Positions 37,066 through 49,465 of a DNA stretch of 64,000 nucleotides are shown one piece after another. The position numbers and the translations under genes are program-made. The notes under the pieces are model-generated. The model made no database searches and was not told where the DNA came from. It worked only from the letters and a program-made list of their open reading frames with translations. How positions within the stretch are numbered: the first letter of the stretch is position 1; each line of letters opens with the position of its first letter. Source of the DNA: the human T2T-CHM13v2.0 reference genome, Homo sapiens; NCBI RefSeq assembly GCF_009914755.1, contig NC_060927.1, one strand, 5' to 3'.

Positions 37066-39811
37066 CTTGTTGTCATCCTTTAACATGGATGTCAGAGAGT
37101 AAGGGCAAAAGGAACTCTGTTGCAAAATAACAAAATGAACGAAAAACAAGTCACTACATGGGAATAGTAAACATAGGAGAACACATAGAACATTGCTAAG
37201 GAACAAACTGTGTAAGAACGCAATCTTTTGGATACACCTCATGCAACTGTCTTTACAAACTTCAACCATTTTCAATGACTTTCTAGATAAACCTTGACTT
37301 TCCTTCATATTCCCAGAAAAGCAATTGACCTGTGTCCCAGGAGGTTGTTTGGCCTCAGCTTGCTTTGGGTTTATTGCTCTCAGTTCAGGCTGCTGAGGGG
37401 TTTGGAGGTAGGGATGGTGGTCTGTCACTGTAGATGTCAAAAACCTTTCCTTCCTTGGTTAGTATAACTCATACTAGGAAGGCATTAGGTGGGCATTGTC
37501 CATATTCTGCCAGAATTAGAGAAAGAAAAATCGTTTTCTGCCTTCAGGATAAATGGGAGGTAAGGAGAATAACTGTTTTCAAGGCTTCATGGTGTTGGGC
37601 TCTACTTTGACCAGGAATCTACTTGGGTTTGTCACTAAAGTTCACCTCTCCCTGTCTGGCCATTCTTTGTTGTCTCAACTTTCAAATCTCCCAAACATTC
37701 CAAGTCAAGGATTGATTCTGCTCAGGTGCAAGAAGTCAAGAGGCAGCTGGACCTCATGGTCTTGGTTGTCAGGGTACCCTGATCTTTGTGCTTTCCTTTT
37801 CCTCGCTCTCATCCTCACCATGCCTGCAGCCTTTTTCTGGCTCCTCATCTTCTATGTCTGACAGATACCCTGTCTTTGACTTGCTCTCTCATTGGCTTGC
37901 CTGCTGCTCAGCTATCTGCACAGCTCTGGCCCCTAACCAGGTCAGACTTGGTATCTGTGCTTAGGCCATCTGCTTGTAACTGGTCCCTAGCCTGCCATGG
38001 ACTCTGGATACCCACTGTGGTCTGGCTTACCCTGTTCTTGTTAACTATTGCATATGTGTGCCCAGCATGATGTGTGGGTTCTTTGTGCCAACCTTTATGA
38101 CTTGTTCCTTCTTTCTTATATTCAGTGGGAAAAAGAAGAGAAAAGCACGCAGCATGTGTATGAAAAGCACATTGGGTGATTCTGCTGTGCTAGGGTTTTT
38201 CTAATTAGAGGAGTTTGTTTTAATCACCTTCTCATTTGAGCCAAATATTCAGGTAATACATAAAGAAGTTACTTTAAATTGGCTTTTATAGTCATCTATG
38301 TATATATACCTATTAGAGTTATTTAATTGGCTTTTGGCACAAGATCACTTTACTAAAGGGACCAGGCCTCTTGTCTAATAAAGAGTTTGAACACACACCC
38401 ATTTGAAACACCATCACAGAACAATTCCCTGTTGTTCTATACCAGAGCCTCACCAGCAACCTTCATATTTTCTTGTGCTTTCTCTTGAAATGCCCCAAAC
38501 CTCCTCTTCTTATAGTTAATCCACATTCTTTTCCCTCCCAACCTCTTAGCCCTGATGTCCTCCAGAAAAATATCCCCTGACTGTACCTGGTTCCGTTCAG
38601 AGACTCGTGGTCACTAGGTGCATGGCTAGTGTTCTGTAATTCACAATGTGCTCCTGTGGGTAGTAATAATACATACCTCAGGAGGTTGTTGTGAGCCTTG
38701 AAGGAGCTAATATGTGTGACCCGTGTTTGGTACCAGTAAGTACTCAGTAAGTATGTGCTTGTTTTCTGAATTTTTGCAGCTTTAGGAATCTTAGTTTCTT
38801 GTCAGGGATAATTTCCCTCCATTAAGAGTGGAGTTTCCCTGAGGGCAAGCCCTTGTCCCCACTATCCTTTGTATTTTCACCTAGATACCTAATTCAAAGT
38901 TATATCCTAATAGGAAACCTAATAAATAACTTTGGCTAACAGAGTATCTGAACTCTCCAGGGAACCATTGATTATCACAGCATTGTTAAGGAGGAAAAAG
39001 ATAAATGTAATTATTTGATAATTCCAAATATCTTACCCCTTTGTTTCTCATTATGCCTTTCTGAGATAGATCATATCACTTCCCGTTTCACAGATAGGAA
39101 ACAGGCTCGTAGAGATTAAGTGCTTGGTTAAAGTCAGAGAGCTGCTAAGGGAAAAGTCAAGATCCAGGACCCCGGACTCCTGTCTAGGATGGGTTGCCCC
39201 CTCTACCTGCTGCCATACAGATGGGAAGAGCTCCATCTGTCTGTCTCTCCAGCATGCATGTTAAACTGGGAGCCCAGCCACCTTCCCTGTCAGCAGGTAG
39301 TAGAGCGTATCATTGGGATGTCTTGTCTGTGGTGTGAACTACCCAGGCAAGATGTATCTAGGCCAAGTCCTAGGGGAAGGACACTGATAGCTGCTTTGTG
39401 AGGTCCCGGTGTGGTGTTTCCATCCAGTGGGGTGGAGATTACTGTGATGTGAGAACAGTAAAGCAGCACTTGCCCAGATATGGCATGTCCTCCCAGGGCC
39501 TGTTCTGTGGTGGCATACTCAGTGGTTGCTGAGAACCAAGGGGCAGTGGGACAGCTGTGTCCCTGGATATTCAGAAGACTAGTTGGATCCCCAGTATAAG
39601 TGATGGGTTTGCTCTTCACCTTGTGGACAGAGGTGGCTTGTTATCAAAGAAAACACCAAAGCAATTAGTATCGTTGTTGTTATTAGTAGCAGTAGTAATA
39701 GACTCTACTAAGGGTCCAGGTAGAGCAGGGAGTGATTAGGGTTAGGTGTAAGCTCGCTGCCCTTAGGGAGCTTACAATTCAAACTCCTGAAAGATCAAGA
39801 ATCAACAGTAA

Positions 39812-40122
<311 letters not shown>

Positions 40123-40359
40123 TCAACAGTAACATCTCTGCATCTCTGTTGGCCCTCTTTCAAGTGATACTTATAAGGGGGAGCTCTTCTAGCTCTAATG
40201 TTTCATGGTTCTGTGTGGACAATACCTACAAAATATTTACCTATAATACCTATAATATATCTTTGTGATGCCGCAGGTACTCTTTCATGTTAAGTTGCTA
40301 GATGAGTGCTATGAATTTACAAGAGAGAAATAATTGGGTCTGAATGAAAGAAGAAATGT

Positions 40360-42250
40360 TCATGTATTCAACAAATGTCTTCTAAGGTCCTACTATGTGC
40401 TTTGCTCTACCCAAGGCTCTGGAAATACAATGCTAAAGAAGACAGTCTTCTTGTCTTCGTGAAGTGTTATGGTTCAATGGGGGAAGTAGACAATAACAAA
40501 TAACACAATAGATAATGCAATGACAGGATAAAAAGGAGAGAACAGGGTTAAGCTTTAGTAGCCCTGAATTACGAGGATGGAAATCAGCAAATACAGGGTG
40601 TGCTTGGGGAATGAAGACTAAATCAGACTGCCTGGAGCATCTGTGTGATAAGAGTTAAGGTTGGAGGGACAGATTGGGGCTACCTTGTGAAGATTCTTGC
40701 ATTGGCATGTTGGGTTAAGGGCAAATGGTTCCAGAGTTGTAGCATTCAATTAGAAAAGGTATTGAGCAGTACCAAGGTACCAGCCAGTAGACTAAGTACT
40801 ACTGGGTTCATATGGTTTAAGGAGAGACTCAGATGTGTAAAAAGGACCTTACAACAAAACTGGTAAGTGCAATTACCTAGGCTTGCATAGGATCACAGAG
40901 GACAGAACAGCTAATTGCCTAGAGGGGTTGGAGAAGTAAGTCTTCTCGGAATATCTGATAGTTCAGCTTGGGGTGCAGGATTAATAGGAGTTTGTTTGGT
41001 GGAGAAGGTGGGGCCAAACATTCTAGACAGTAAAGCATGGGCAGAAGCACAAAGTGGGTTGAAGGGGATGGATAGCTAAAGAAAAGGGGGCAGGTCAGTG
41101 TATCAGGAAGGTAAGGCACACAAGAGGGAGCAAGGGTCATGGGGAACTTCTGAGCATAAGAGCCTGGTGCTGGTCATGTTCTTTAAAGATGAATCTGAAT
41201 GCATAAAGAGAACTGGAGAAAAAGAGAATGGATGTGAAGGAAGCATTGGCCTATGGAGAGGAAGGAAGAGAAGGATGTAAAAGATAATGTCAGAGAAAGC
41301 AACAGGGATTTCTTACTCTTCATATTAAAGGGTCATTGAAGCTTTCATGCTTAGGTTTGACTTGAGGAGTGGCAACTGTTACACTAAAAGTCTGAAAAGA
41401 TGAGTAGGACTTGGGGTGTTGGTAAAGGGATTTAGAAACTTTGAGTTTTAGATGATTACAAGATGCCTGATTCATTCATGCATTAAAGTAGGTTTGTGTT
41501 TCTAGGGGGAAGTCAGGGCAGGAGATGAATATTTTGAGTCATTTGCCAAGAAGTGATGGTGAAACTGGTATTAGCTCAAGGAAGACAGCATAGAGAAAAG
41601 TGAGAGTAGTGTAGACTGTTTTTCGAAAGTATTGACAAGGGAGACAGGATAAGAGAGATACGAAGAGTATTCCTTAAGGGTAGGAGGAGAGCCAGGACAT
41701 AATAATTTCGTGGGAATAGAGGAGAAGGAGAGTTAGGGAGCTCCATGTGCAGGGAGAGGAGGCAATGTTGAGGGCTTTGGTGACAGAAGGCATTGGTGAC
41801 TACTTACAGCATTGTTTCAGCACCTCAATGAGAAGAAACCAGATTGCAGTGGGAGGAGGTGGTGAAGATGAGGTAGCAGCAAGCACATATTGTTTGTTTG
41901 AGAAATATGTCAGAAAATGAAAGGTAAAAATAGAATGGTGGTTGGTGGGACATTAGGGTCAAGTGATGATTTTGTTCAAGGAGGAAGGCCTGAATGTGTT
42001 TGAGGCTGGGGTAAGGGACCAGTGATAGAAGTTTAAAGATGACAAACAGAAATGAATTTATTTATCCATTCAATAAATATTCATTGAGCACTGACAGTAT
42101 TCCAGGGACAGTGCTATTTGCTGGAATATAACATGAATAAGGCATGAAATCTTCATGGAGTTTACATTCTAGTGACTAAGGCAGACAATACACAAGTCAA
42201 AGTAACAGTTGAATTTGCAATAACAGCTTGTGATAAGTGCTCTAAAGTGA
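40360..42250. mobile_element. Cluster of L2 fragments
   Basis: attcaacaaatgtc...tactatgtgc and cattcaataaatattcattgagcac L2 ends, with purine-rich L2 body between. Confidence 0.55.
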
Positions 42251-44579
42251 AGCAGTGACCTGGAGGAGGTAGGAATGGATTGAACAAAGAGTGCAGATGG
42301 AAGTGGTAGACTGGAGGAGGGGGAACACTTCCTCTGTTGTAAGGAAGGAAGAAAGAGTGCTTAGAAAATGATTTTTAAGTAGAAAAAGTGAAAAATGAGG
42401 AAATGCAGTTCAGATGGTCCTGATATTCTTAAAAAAGAACAGGCAGTGTCATGAGCTCAGACTGGAGAGGTGGAATAGTTCAAGACCTTGGATAGGTGCT
42501 TACTGCTTCATTCAAACCTCCGATGACCCTGTGATGTTGTGGGAGGGTGTTATTCTCATTGTATACATGAGAAAACTGAGGGGACTGAGAGAGGACCCAT
42601 GACTGAAAAGTATAGCAGCAAGGGAGAGGAGCCTCACCTGGATACTCTTATCATCAAACTCACCTCCAAGGGCCAGCTCAGAGGGTACTGTCAGTGCAAT
42701 CAAGACATCAGTTCCTCCTCCCTTCTATATAAAGCCTTGTGCTGGGCCTTGGAGAAGACTGTGGAGAGGAGATGACACCTGTACCTGGAAAATAAGAAAG
42801 ATGAAGTTGGAAGAGATAAGATGAGGAAACTGAGGCTCAAAGAAATGATTTTACTCCCCAAAGTCATACAATTATCGGCTGAGCCTGGATGTGAAGCCAG
42901 AATAAAAAACTCCAAATTGAGACCTCTTTCCATTATATTCCCCGATATATACCCCTTTACTGTGCTCAGTAGCCTTGATGTAGTCATTGTTATGTGGACA
43001 GAATGGAGAATTCATGTGTTTGAGGGTTATCTGGTTTGGGTTCAGCTTTTAAAGGCTCCAGGCAAAATTTCTAAGAAGCTCCAAAAGCAGGATTGCATTT
43101 CTCTATCCTTCCTTGTTATCACTATGAAAAATAAGCTGAGTGGGGTTGCAAGTGGCACTTCTTGGTTCTCCTGGGCTGTTGCAGAATTGTGCTCTAAAGA
43201 ACCCAGAGGAGTATCTTCCTTATAAACCCAGGATAGGAGGAATAATTGGCATGGGGCTTTTAATCTACTTTCATGCTAAATGAAATCTGTTAGATGGGAT
43301 AATGAGCTCCATATTTTATAGACTATTTTAAGCTTGTCTCAAAATAAAGTACAGGGCTAGGGGTGGAGGAAGGACGTTAAGTCTTAGAGACAAAATGCCA
43401 TGGCTTACTCATCAGTGTTTTCATTTTAATGATCCCAACCCCAGTACAAGTCCCTCAGTGATAGTGTAATGGAAACCACATTTTTTTTTTCCTGTTGGAA
43501 GTTTCAGGATGAACACAGCCAAATGCTTCAAGACATAATTAAGACTACAATCTCCCATCCTCGGTAATATACAGACCTTTCACCCAGGGGGCTCAGCTAG
43601 AGACAATGTGGTTGGAACGCAGTTGAAATTATAGAGACTTTTCCCCACCAACCTGGCCCCCTAGAGCTTCTTTTCTAGGCCTTGTCCTCCCTGTCCTTAA
43701 CTCCCTTCTCCTTAACTGCTGCCTCATGCCTGGGAAGGAATAAATAAGTAAGAACCCTGGTGTTGACTCTTTCCCTGCCACAGGGAGAGAATCCCAGACA
43801 AATGCTGCTGTGTCTGGAGGAGGCTGGACTGCGCTGGCAGAGGCAGCACATACATAGCAGGAAGGGCAGCCAAGAGAGCTTGCCAACAGATGTGGGGTGC
43901 TGGGAGGGAGGAGGTAGACAGTGTCATCATTAGGTATGGAAGGAGGTAGGGAATGTTCTGTACATTACAGGCTGGAAAATCCAGCTCATAGGAAGGTCTT
44001 GAGGACTTAAGAGAGCAAGACAGCTCCTTCTGTGTTTGGACAGAATGGGTCTCCTTTGCTTTGGCAAGCTTTCTGAACCTACACAGATCAGAGTTAACAA
44101 GCTTGGCATGACCAATCTGATTATGTGGCTTCTCCGCCCCTCACTCTGTTAATCACATCTTGAACACCTGGAATATATAAGATAATGGGAGCCCACAGTA
44201 CATATATGTGTATACTGTCTGTTTGGCCAATTGCAGTCCAGTCTTATCCTTGCAGGGAAGGCTCCACTTAGCACAAGGAACAAAGGAAGGATTAGGATAT
44301 TTGCCCCTTGCTACCTTGGTTCCATACTCTGCCCTGGGGGTAGTGATTCTGGGATAGCCAAGGATAAGACCCAACTGGGTACTCTGCTTGGCTCCTTAGA
44401 GATCATATCACTGGTACATTTCTCTTCTCACTACTCCAGCCACCAAAAGGCAGATAGTCATGTTAATATCTCCTCCAGGAAAATGTATTAATTAGTATAT
44501 TCTTGACTCATTTAACTAGTGACTAAATACTTTTCTGAGTCTCAGTTTCTTTATTCAGAGAATTAGGATAATATCTATC

Positions 44580-44968
44580 TGTGGTAGTCATTAGTACCAT
44601 TCATTAAGTACTTCTAGCTGCCTACATGTTTGGGCACACAGTTAGATTGTACTTCTCTACATCCTTGGTCATGTGACCTGCTTTGGCCAATGAAACGTGA
44701 GCAGAAGTCAGGTATTTCATTTCCAAGTGGAAGCTTTAAAAGCCAATATACTGTTTACTTCCTTCCATTGTTTAATTGATTGTAGCTCTGTTGGGATAAA
44801 TCCTTCATCAGCCTGGGACTGTGAGTGACTATGATGATCACAGCTCTCTACTGAACCAAGTTGAACATGTAGTATGAGCAAATATTAATCTTATTTTCTG
44901 TGAAGTTACTAAGATTTGGGGGGTGGTTTGTATCTGTAGCTTACCTAGCCTGCCTTGGCTGATAATAT
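44580..44968. mobile_element. MLT1 (H/I/J-like) LTR inserted in a MIR
   Basis: tgtggtag...ggtcatgtgacctgctttggccaatgaaacgtgagcagaagt...ctagcctgccttggctgataata; MIR halves on both sides. Confidence 0.7.
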
Positions 44969-45804
44969 ACTACCTCATAAGGCTTTGCAGGGGATTACAC
45001 AAAATGCGTATGTACACATAGTCAGCACTCAATAATTGGTGGCTACTTTATTCTCACCATGAATATAATTTGGGATGCTTTTGGCTGCAGGTAATTCAAC
45101 CCAAACTCAAAATGCATAAGCAATAAATGCATTTCTCCTCTTGCCTTCACTTCTCCTCCTGCTTCTCCTTCTCCTGCTTCTCTTAACAAGAAGTTTAGAA
45201 TTTGGGCAATTGAATTAGAGGCTCAACATCATCACTAGCTTCTTTCTTATTTAGTCTGCCTAGGTTAATTAGATTTCTTAAATCTATAAAATGTTGTAGT
45301 TCGTCATTTTTGGAAGATTGTCAGTTATTATCTCTGTTCTTTTTCTTCTTTCCATTTGAGATCTCAACTGATTGTATGTTGCAATTTCTCGTTGTATAGT
45401 CTATATTTCTTATTATTCTAGATATTTTTATCTCCCTTTGATGCATTCTAGATAATTTCCTCTGACATATCCTCCAGTTTATTCTCTTTTTAGCTGTGTC
45501 TAATCTGCAATTAAATGTGTTCACTAACTTCTTAATTTCAATTATTGTATTTTTTAGTGCTAAAATCCCTTCCCTATTTAATTATTTCCCAAATCACCTT
45601 TCTTTTGGTTTCCAATTTTATGAAAAATACTTTCAAGCTTATCTTTTGTTTCTTTGAGCATTGAGCATAGTAAGCCTATTTGTTTTATAGTTTTTTGTTT
45701 GATAATTCCATTATCTGAAGTCTTTATGGGTTGATTTTTTTTCCTGGCTTTATTGAGATAAAATGGACAAATAAAAATGGAATATATTTACCATGTACCA
45801 CATG

Positions 45805-46530
45805 ATACTTTGATATACATATCATATATATATCATACTTTGATATATACATGACATATATATCATACTTTGATATATACATGACATATATATCATACTT
45901 TGATATATACATGACATATATATCATACTTTGATATATACATGACATATATATCATACTTTGATATATACATGACATATATATCATACTTTGATATATAC
46001 ATGACATATATATCATACTTTGATATATACATGACATATATGTCATACTTTGATATATACATGACATATATGTCATACTTTGATATATACATGACATATA
46101 TGTCATACTTTGATATATACATGACATATATGTCATACTTTGATATATACATGACATATATGTCATACTTTGATATATATGACATATATGTCATACTTTG
46201 ATATATATGACATATGTCATACTTTGATATATATGACATATGTCATACTTTGATATATATGACATATATGTCATACTTTGATATATATATGACATATATG
46301 TCATACTTTGATATATATATGACATATATGTCATACTTTGATATATATATGACATATATGTCATACTTTGATATATATATGACATATATGTCATACTTTG
46401 ATATATATATGACATATATGTCATACTTTGATATATATATGACATATATGTCATACTTTGATATATATATGACATATATGTCATACTTTGATATATATAT
46501 GACATATATGTCATACTTTGATATATATAC
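45805..46530 (+). repeat. AT-rich 30-bp minisatellite (~25 copies of the ATACTTTGAT core)
   Basis: Units tatcatactttgatatatacatgacatata, then tgtcat..., then ...atatatatgacatatatg, with four 26-28 bp variants. Confidence 0.95.
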
Positions 46531-46589
46531 CATGTGGTACATGGTAAATATATTCCATTTTTATGTATGTATATATGTATATATTTCAT

Positions 46590-46593
46590 ATAT

Positions 46594-46638
<45 letters not shown>
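46590..46638 (+). repeat. (TA)(CA)(CG)(CA)n alternating purine-pyrimidine tract
   Basis: tatacacacgcgcgcgcacacaca..., read directly. Confidence 0.9.
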
Positions 46639-46639
<1 letters not shown>

Positions 46640-48162
46640 TGTGAAATGATTACCACAAATGTGGGTCTCTTTCTGTATTCTGCTATTCCTGATGATCCTT
46701 CTTCATGGTATACTTTTTCCTTGTGTTTTTTATCTTTGTATCTTGATCACTGGCCTTGAAGCCAAGAATGATAACATTCTTCTGCAATGATTTTTATTTT
46801 CTTTTGACAGCCCCTGGGATACCACCAGTCCAGTTCTACCTTAACAAAATGCTTAAGATTCCTTCGACCTAGGTTGCAGTCAACTGGGTTTCAGGTTTGC
46901 ATTAACAGCTAGTTTATTCTAGGCTACCTTTATCTTGAGGGTGAAGCTTCCCCTCTGAGAGGAAGCCTAGCTTAGAGTGAATGTTGTTTATCAAAGTCTT
47001 CTGGGGCAGAGGCCCTGGATGTTGCTTTCTGCTTTCCTACTCCTCCTGGTTGCCAAAAGCACAGCTTAGTTTTGCTACTAAACTAAATACTATTGTTTCT
47101 TGCAGATTGGCAAATGCTCTCAAGGCAAAAGCTTTTTTTGTGTGTTTTGGGCCTTCCTCTTTGGATTTTAAACTTCTCCTAGGTTTTGACCTAGAAATTC
47201 TTTATCTTGTTAGCTCTTTAATGCTTTTGAGAAAATAAAAACAAATATAAATGATTGTCCTCAGTGGGAAGGTTGGTCCTAATCACCCAGCCTGCCACTA
47301 CAAGAAAAGACCATCTTAGAACCCCAATACCTTACATCTTTCCATTCTACCATCCTGATAGTCCCAAGATGGCTGCCGTAACTCCATATGTTACATGCAG
47401 AACCGATAACAACTGAAAGAGCCTGTTTCTTCATGCATATATTTTAAAGCAAGAAAACCTTTCCCAGATGTCCTCCAGGAGATGTTTCCTCATGTCTCAA
47501 AGGCCATTATTTTGCCACCAATTCCAAAACAAGTCACTGGAAGGGGATGCAATTTCCGTGATTGGTGTAATGTAGTCAGCATTTACCCTGTGGGACTGAA
47601 GTTGTCTTTGCGTCCCCTGAAGCACATGGATGCTTGATTTCTTAACAAAATGTGGGTCTGTAAGCAAGGAAGAAGGGGGTTAATGGCCACTGGGTAGGCA
47701 ACCAACTGTGTCTATCACAGTCTGTGCTCAGGATTAAAGATTAAGAAGCATAGTCATGGTTCTTGTTCTACTTTGAGACCTACGTGCTCTGAATGGTGCA
47801 AGAAAATATAGAGCCAAACGTAATACAGAAAGGATTCATAAATATAGGGGGCATGTTCATTGAAAACACACTTTGTAACTTAAAAACTGGAAAAATTTGG
47901 GATACTCTGTGTTCAAAATATAATAAATTTATTTAATCAAAAATATTAAAAAGATATATAGCAGGAAGAATGGCTTTATTGGAAATTCACTCCCCAAACT
48001 TAATCATATTACAAATTACTTCTATAAATGCATATTGTACAAAATAGGAATAGATCTGATGCAGTCATGATTCCACTGAATGAGCTGGGTCCTTCCAAGT
48101 GCTCCTGGTAGAGGTGGGCTGCAGTTTGCAGAAGAAAGAAAATATTAAGGCTTAAGAATCCT

Positions 48163-48683
<521 letters not shown>

Positions 48684-49239
48684 TTATCCTGCCTGTCCCC
48701 AACTGCACCACTGGAGTATCTAATGAGCAGAGGTCCAATTCCTGAACACTAGCCTTCCACAGGTTTGGGGTCCATCTTTCCACCTTCTGTTTTCCATATC
48801 CTATATCTATGGCTTGATCTCATCTTAGAAGTCCCCCTTCCTAGTTTGTCATTTGCCACAGGTTGCTAGCTCTTGAAAGTCCCTCAAAGAAGATACCCAA
48901 AGGAAGTGTGCCAAGCAGGTTGAAAGTAGGCATGGGGTGATATTTTTGGTCACGAGCAGCTGAGTACAGCTGGGTTTTGGGGGAGGGTGGGGACAAGTAG
49001 GGTAAAAGTGAATTGAAAGTGTATCTACATGTACTTGTAGATATACTTTCATGTACTACATAACTGCATGTCTCCTTTGATTACCTCCATGCCGTTTCAT
49101 TCTTCAATCCCACCAGTTAAAGCTGTTGATTTATGTACCAGACTCCTTTAAAAAAACCAAAGGAAAAATAGTTAATAAATTCGGATGTGTCAAGCCCAGT
49201 GACGAGGTTTGTTTAGCTGATTGGCTTGCTTTTCAGGCA

Positions 49240-49465
49240 GTATGCTGAGTAGTTAAGTGGGAGGAGGCTTTGAAATAAAAACAGCCTGGTTTAGCTCATA
49301 GCTCTACCACTTACTATTGTGTGACACTGGGCATGTCACAGCCTCTCTAGGCCTTGGTTTCCTCATCTGTAAGATGCCAATAATATCCTATGTTTACCTT
49401 ATAGTGTTATTGTAAGGATTAGGTGATGTTACGCATGTTAAAGCCTCAATAAGTGTTAGTTATTA
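49240..49465 (+). mobile_element. MIR SINE
   Basis: gctctaccacttactattgtgtgacactgggca...ggtttcctcatctgtaagatg. Confidence 0.7.

Larger units (their letters stand above)
45748..46657 (-). mobile_element. Short L1MA8/9-like 3' terminus split by the VNTR
   Basis: ctttattgagataaaatggacaaataaaaatggaatatattt...tactttgatatac resumes as acattgtgaaatgattaccaca after the repeats. Confidence 0.7.
45260..47260 (-). mobile_element. Ancient L1/HAL1 ORF1-region fragment, nested in an MLT1 LTR (~45060-47720) and interrupted by an L1MA tail + VNTR
   Basis: ORF 45321-45524(-) NCRLDTAKKRI...NIQSVEISNG resembles degraded L1 ORF1p. MLT1-like sequence at 45070-45240 resumes at ~47350. Confidence 0.5.

Noticed and set aside
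45805-46530. CRISPR-like array of ~30-bp palindromic repeats
   Set aside because: No unique spacers, no cas genes, and primate genomic context.
45724-46759. Six overlapping ORFs of 99-181 aa with repeats such as MYISKYDIYV
   Set aside because: Translations of the 30-bp VNTR; stop-free frames follow from the unit length.
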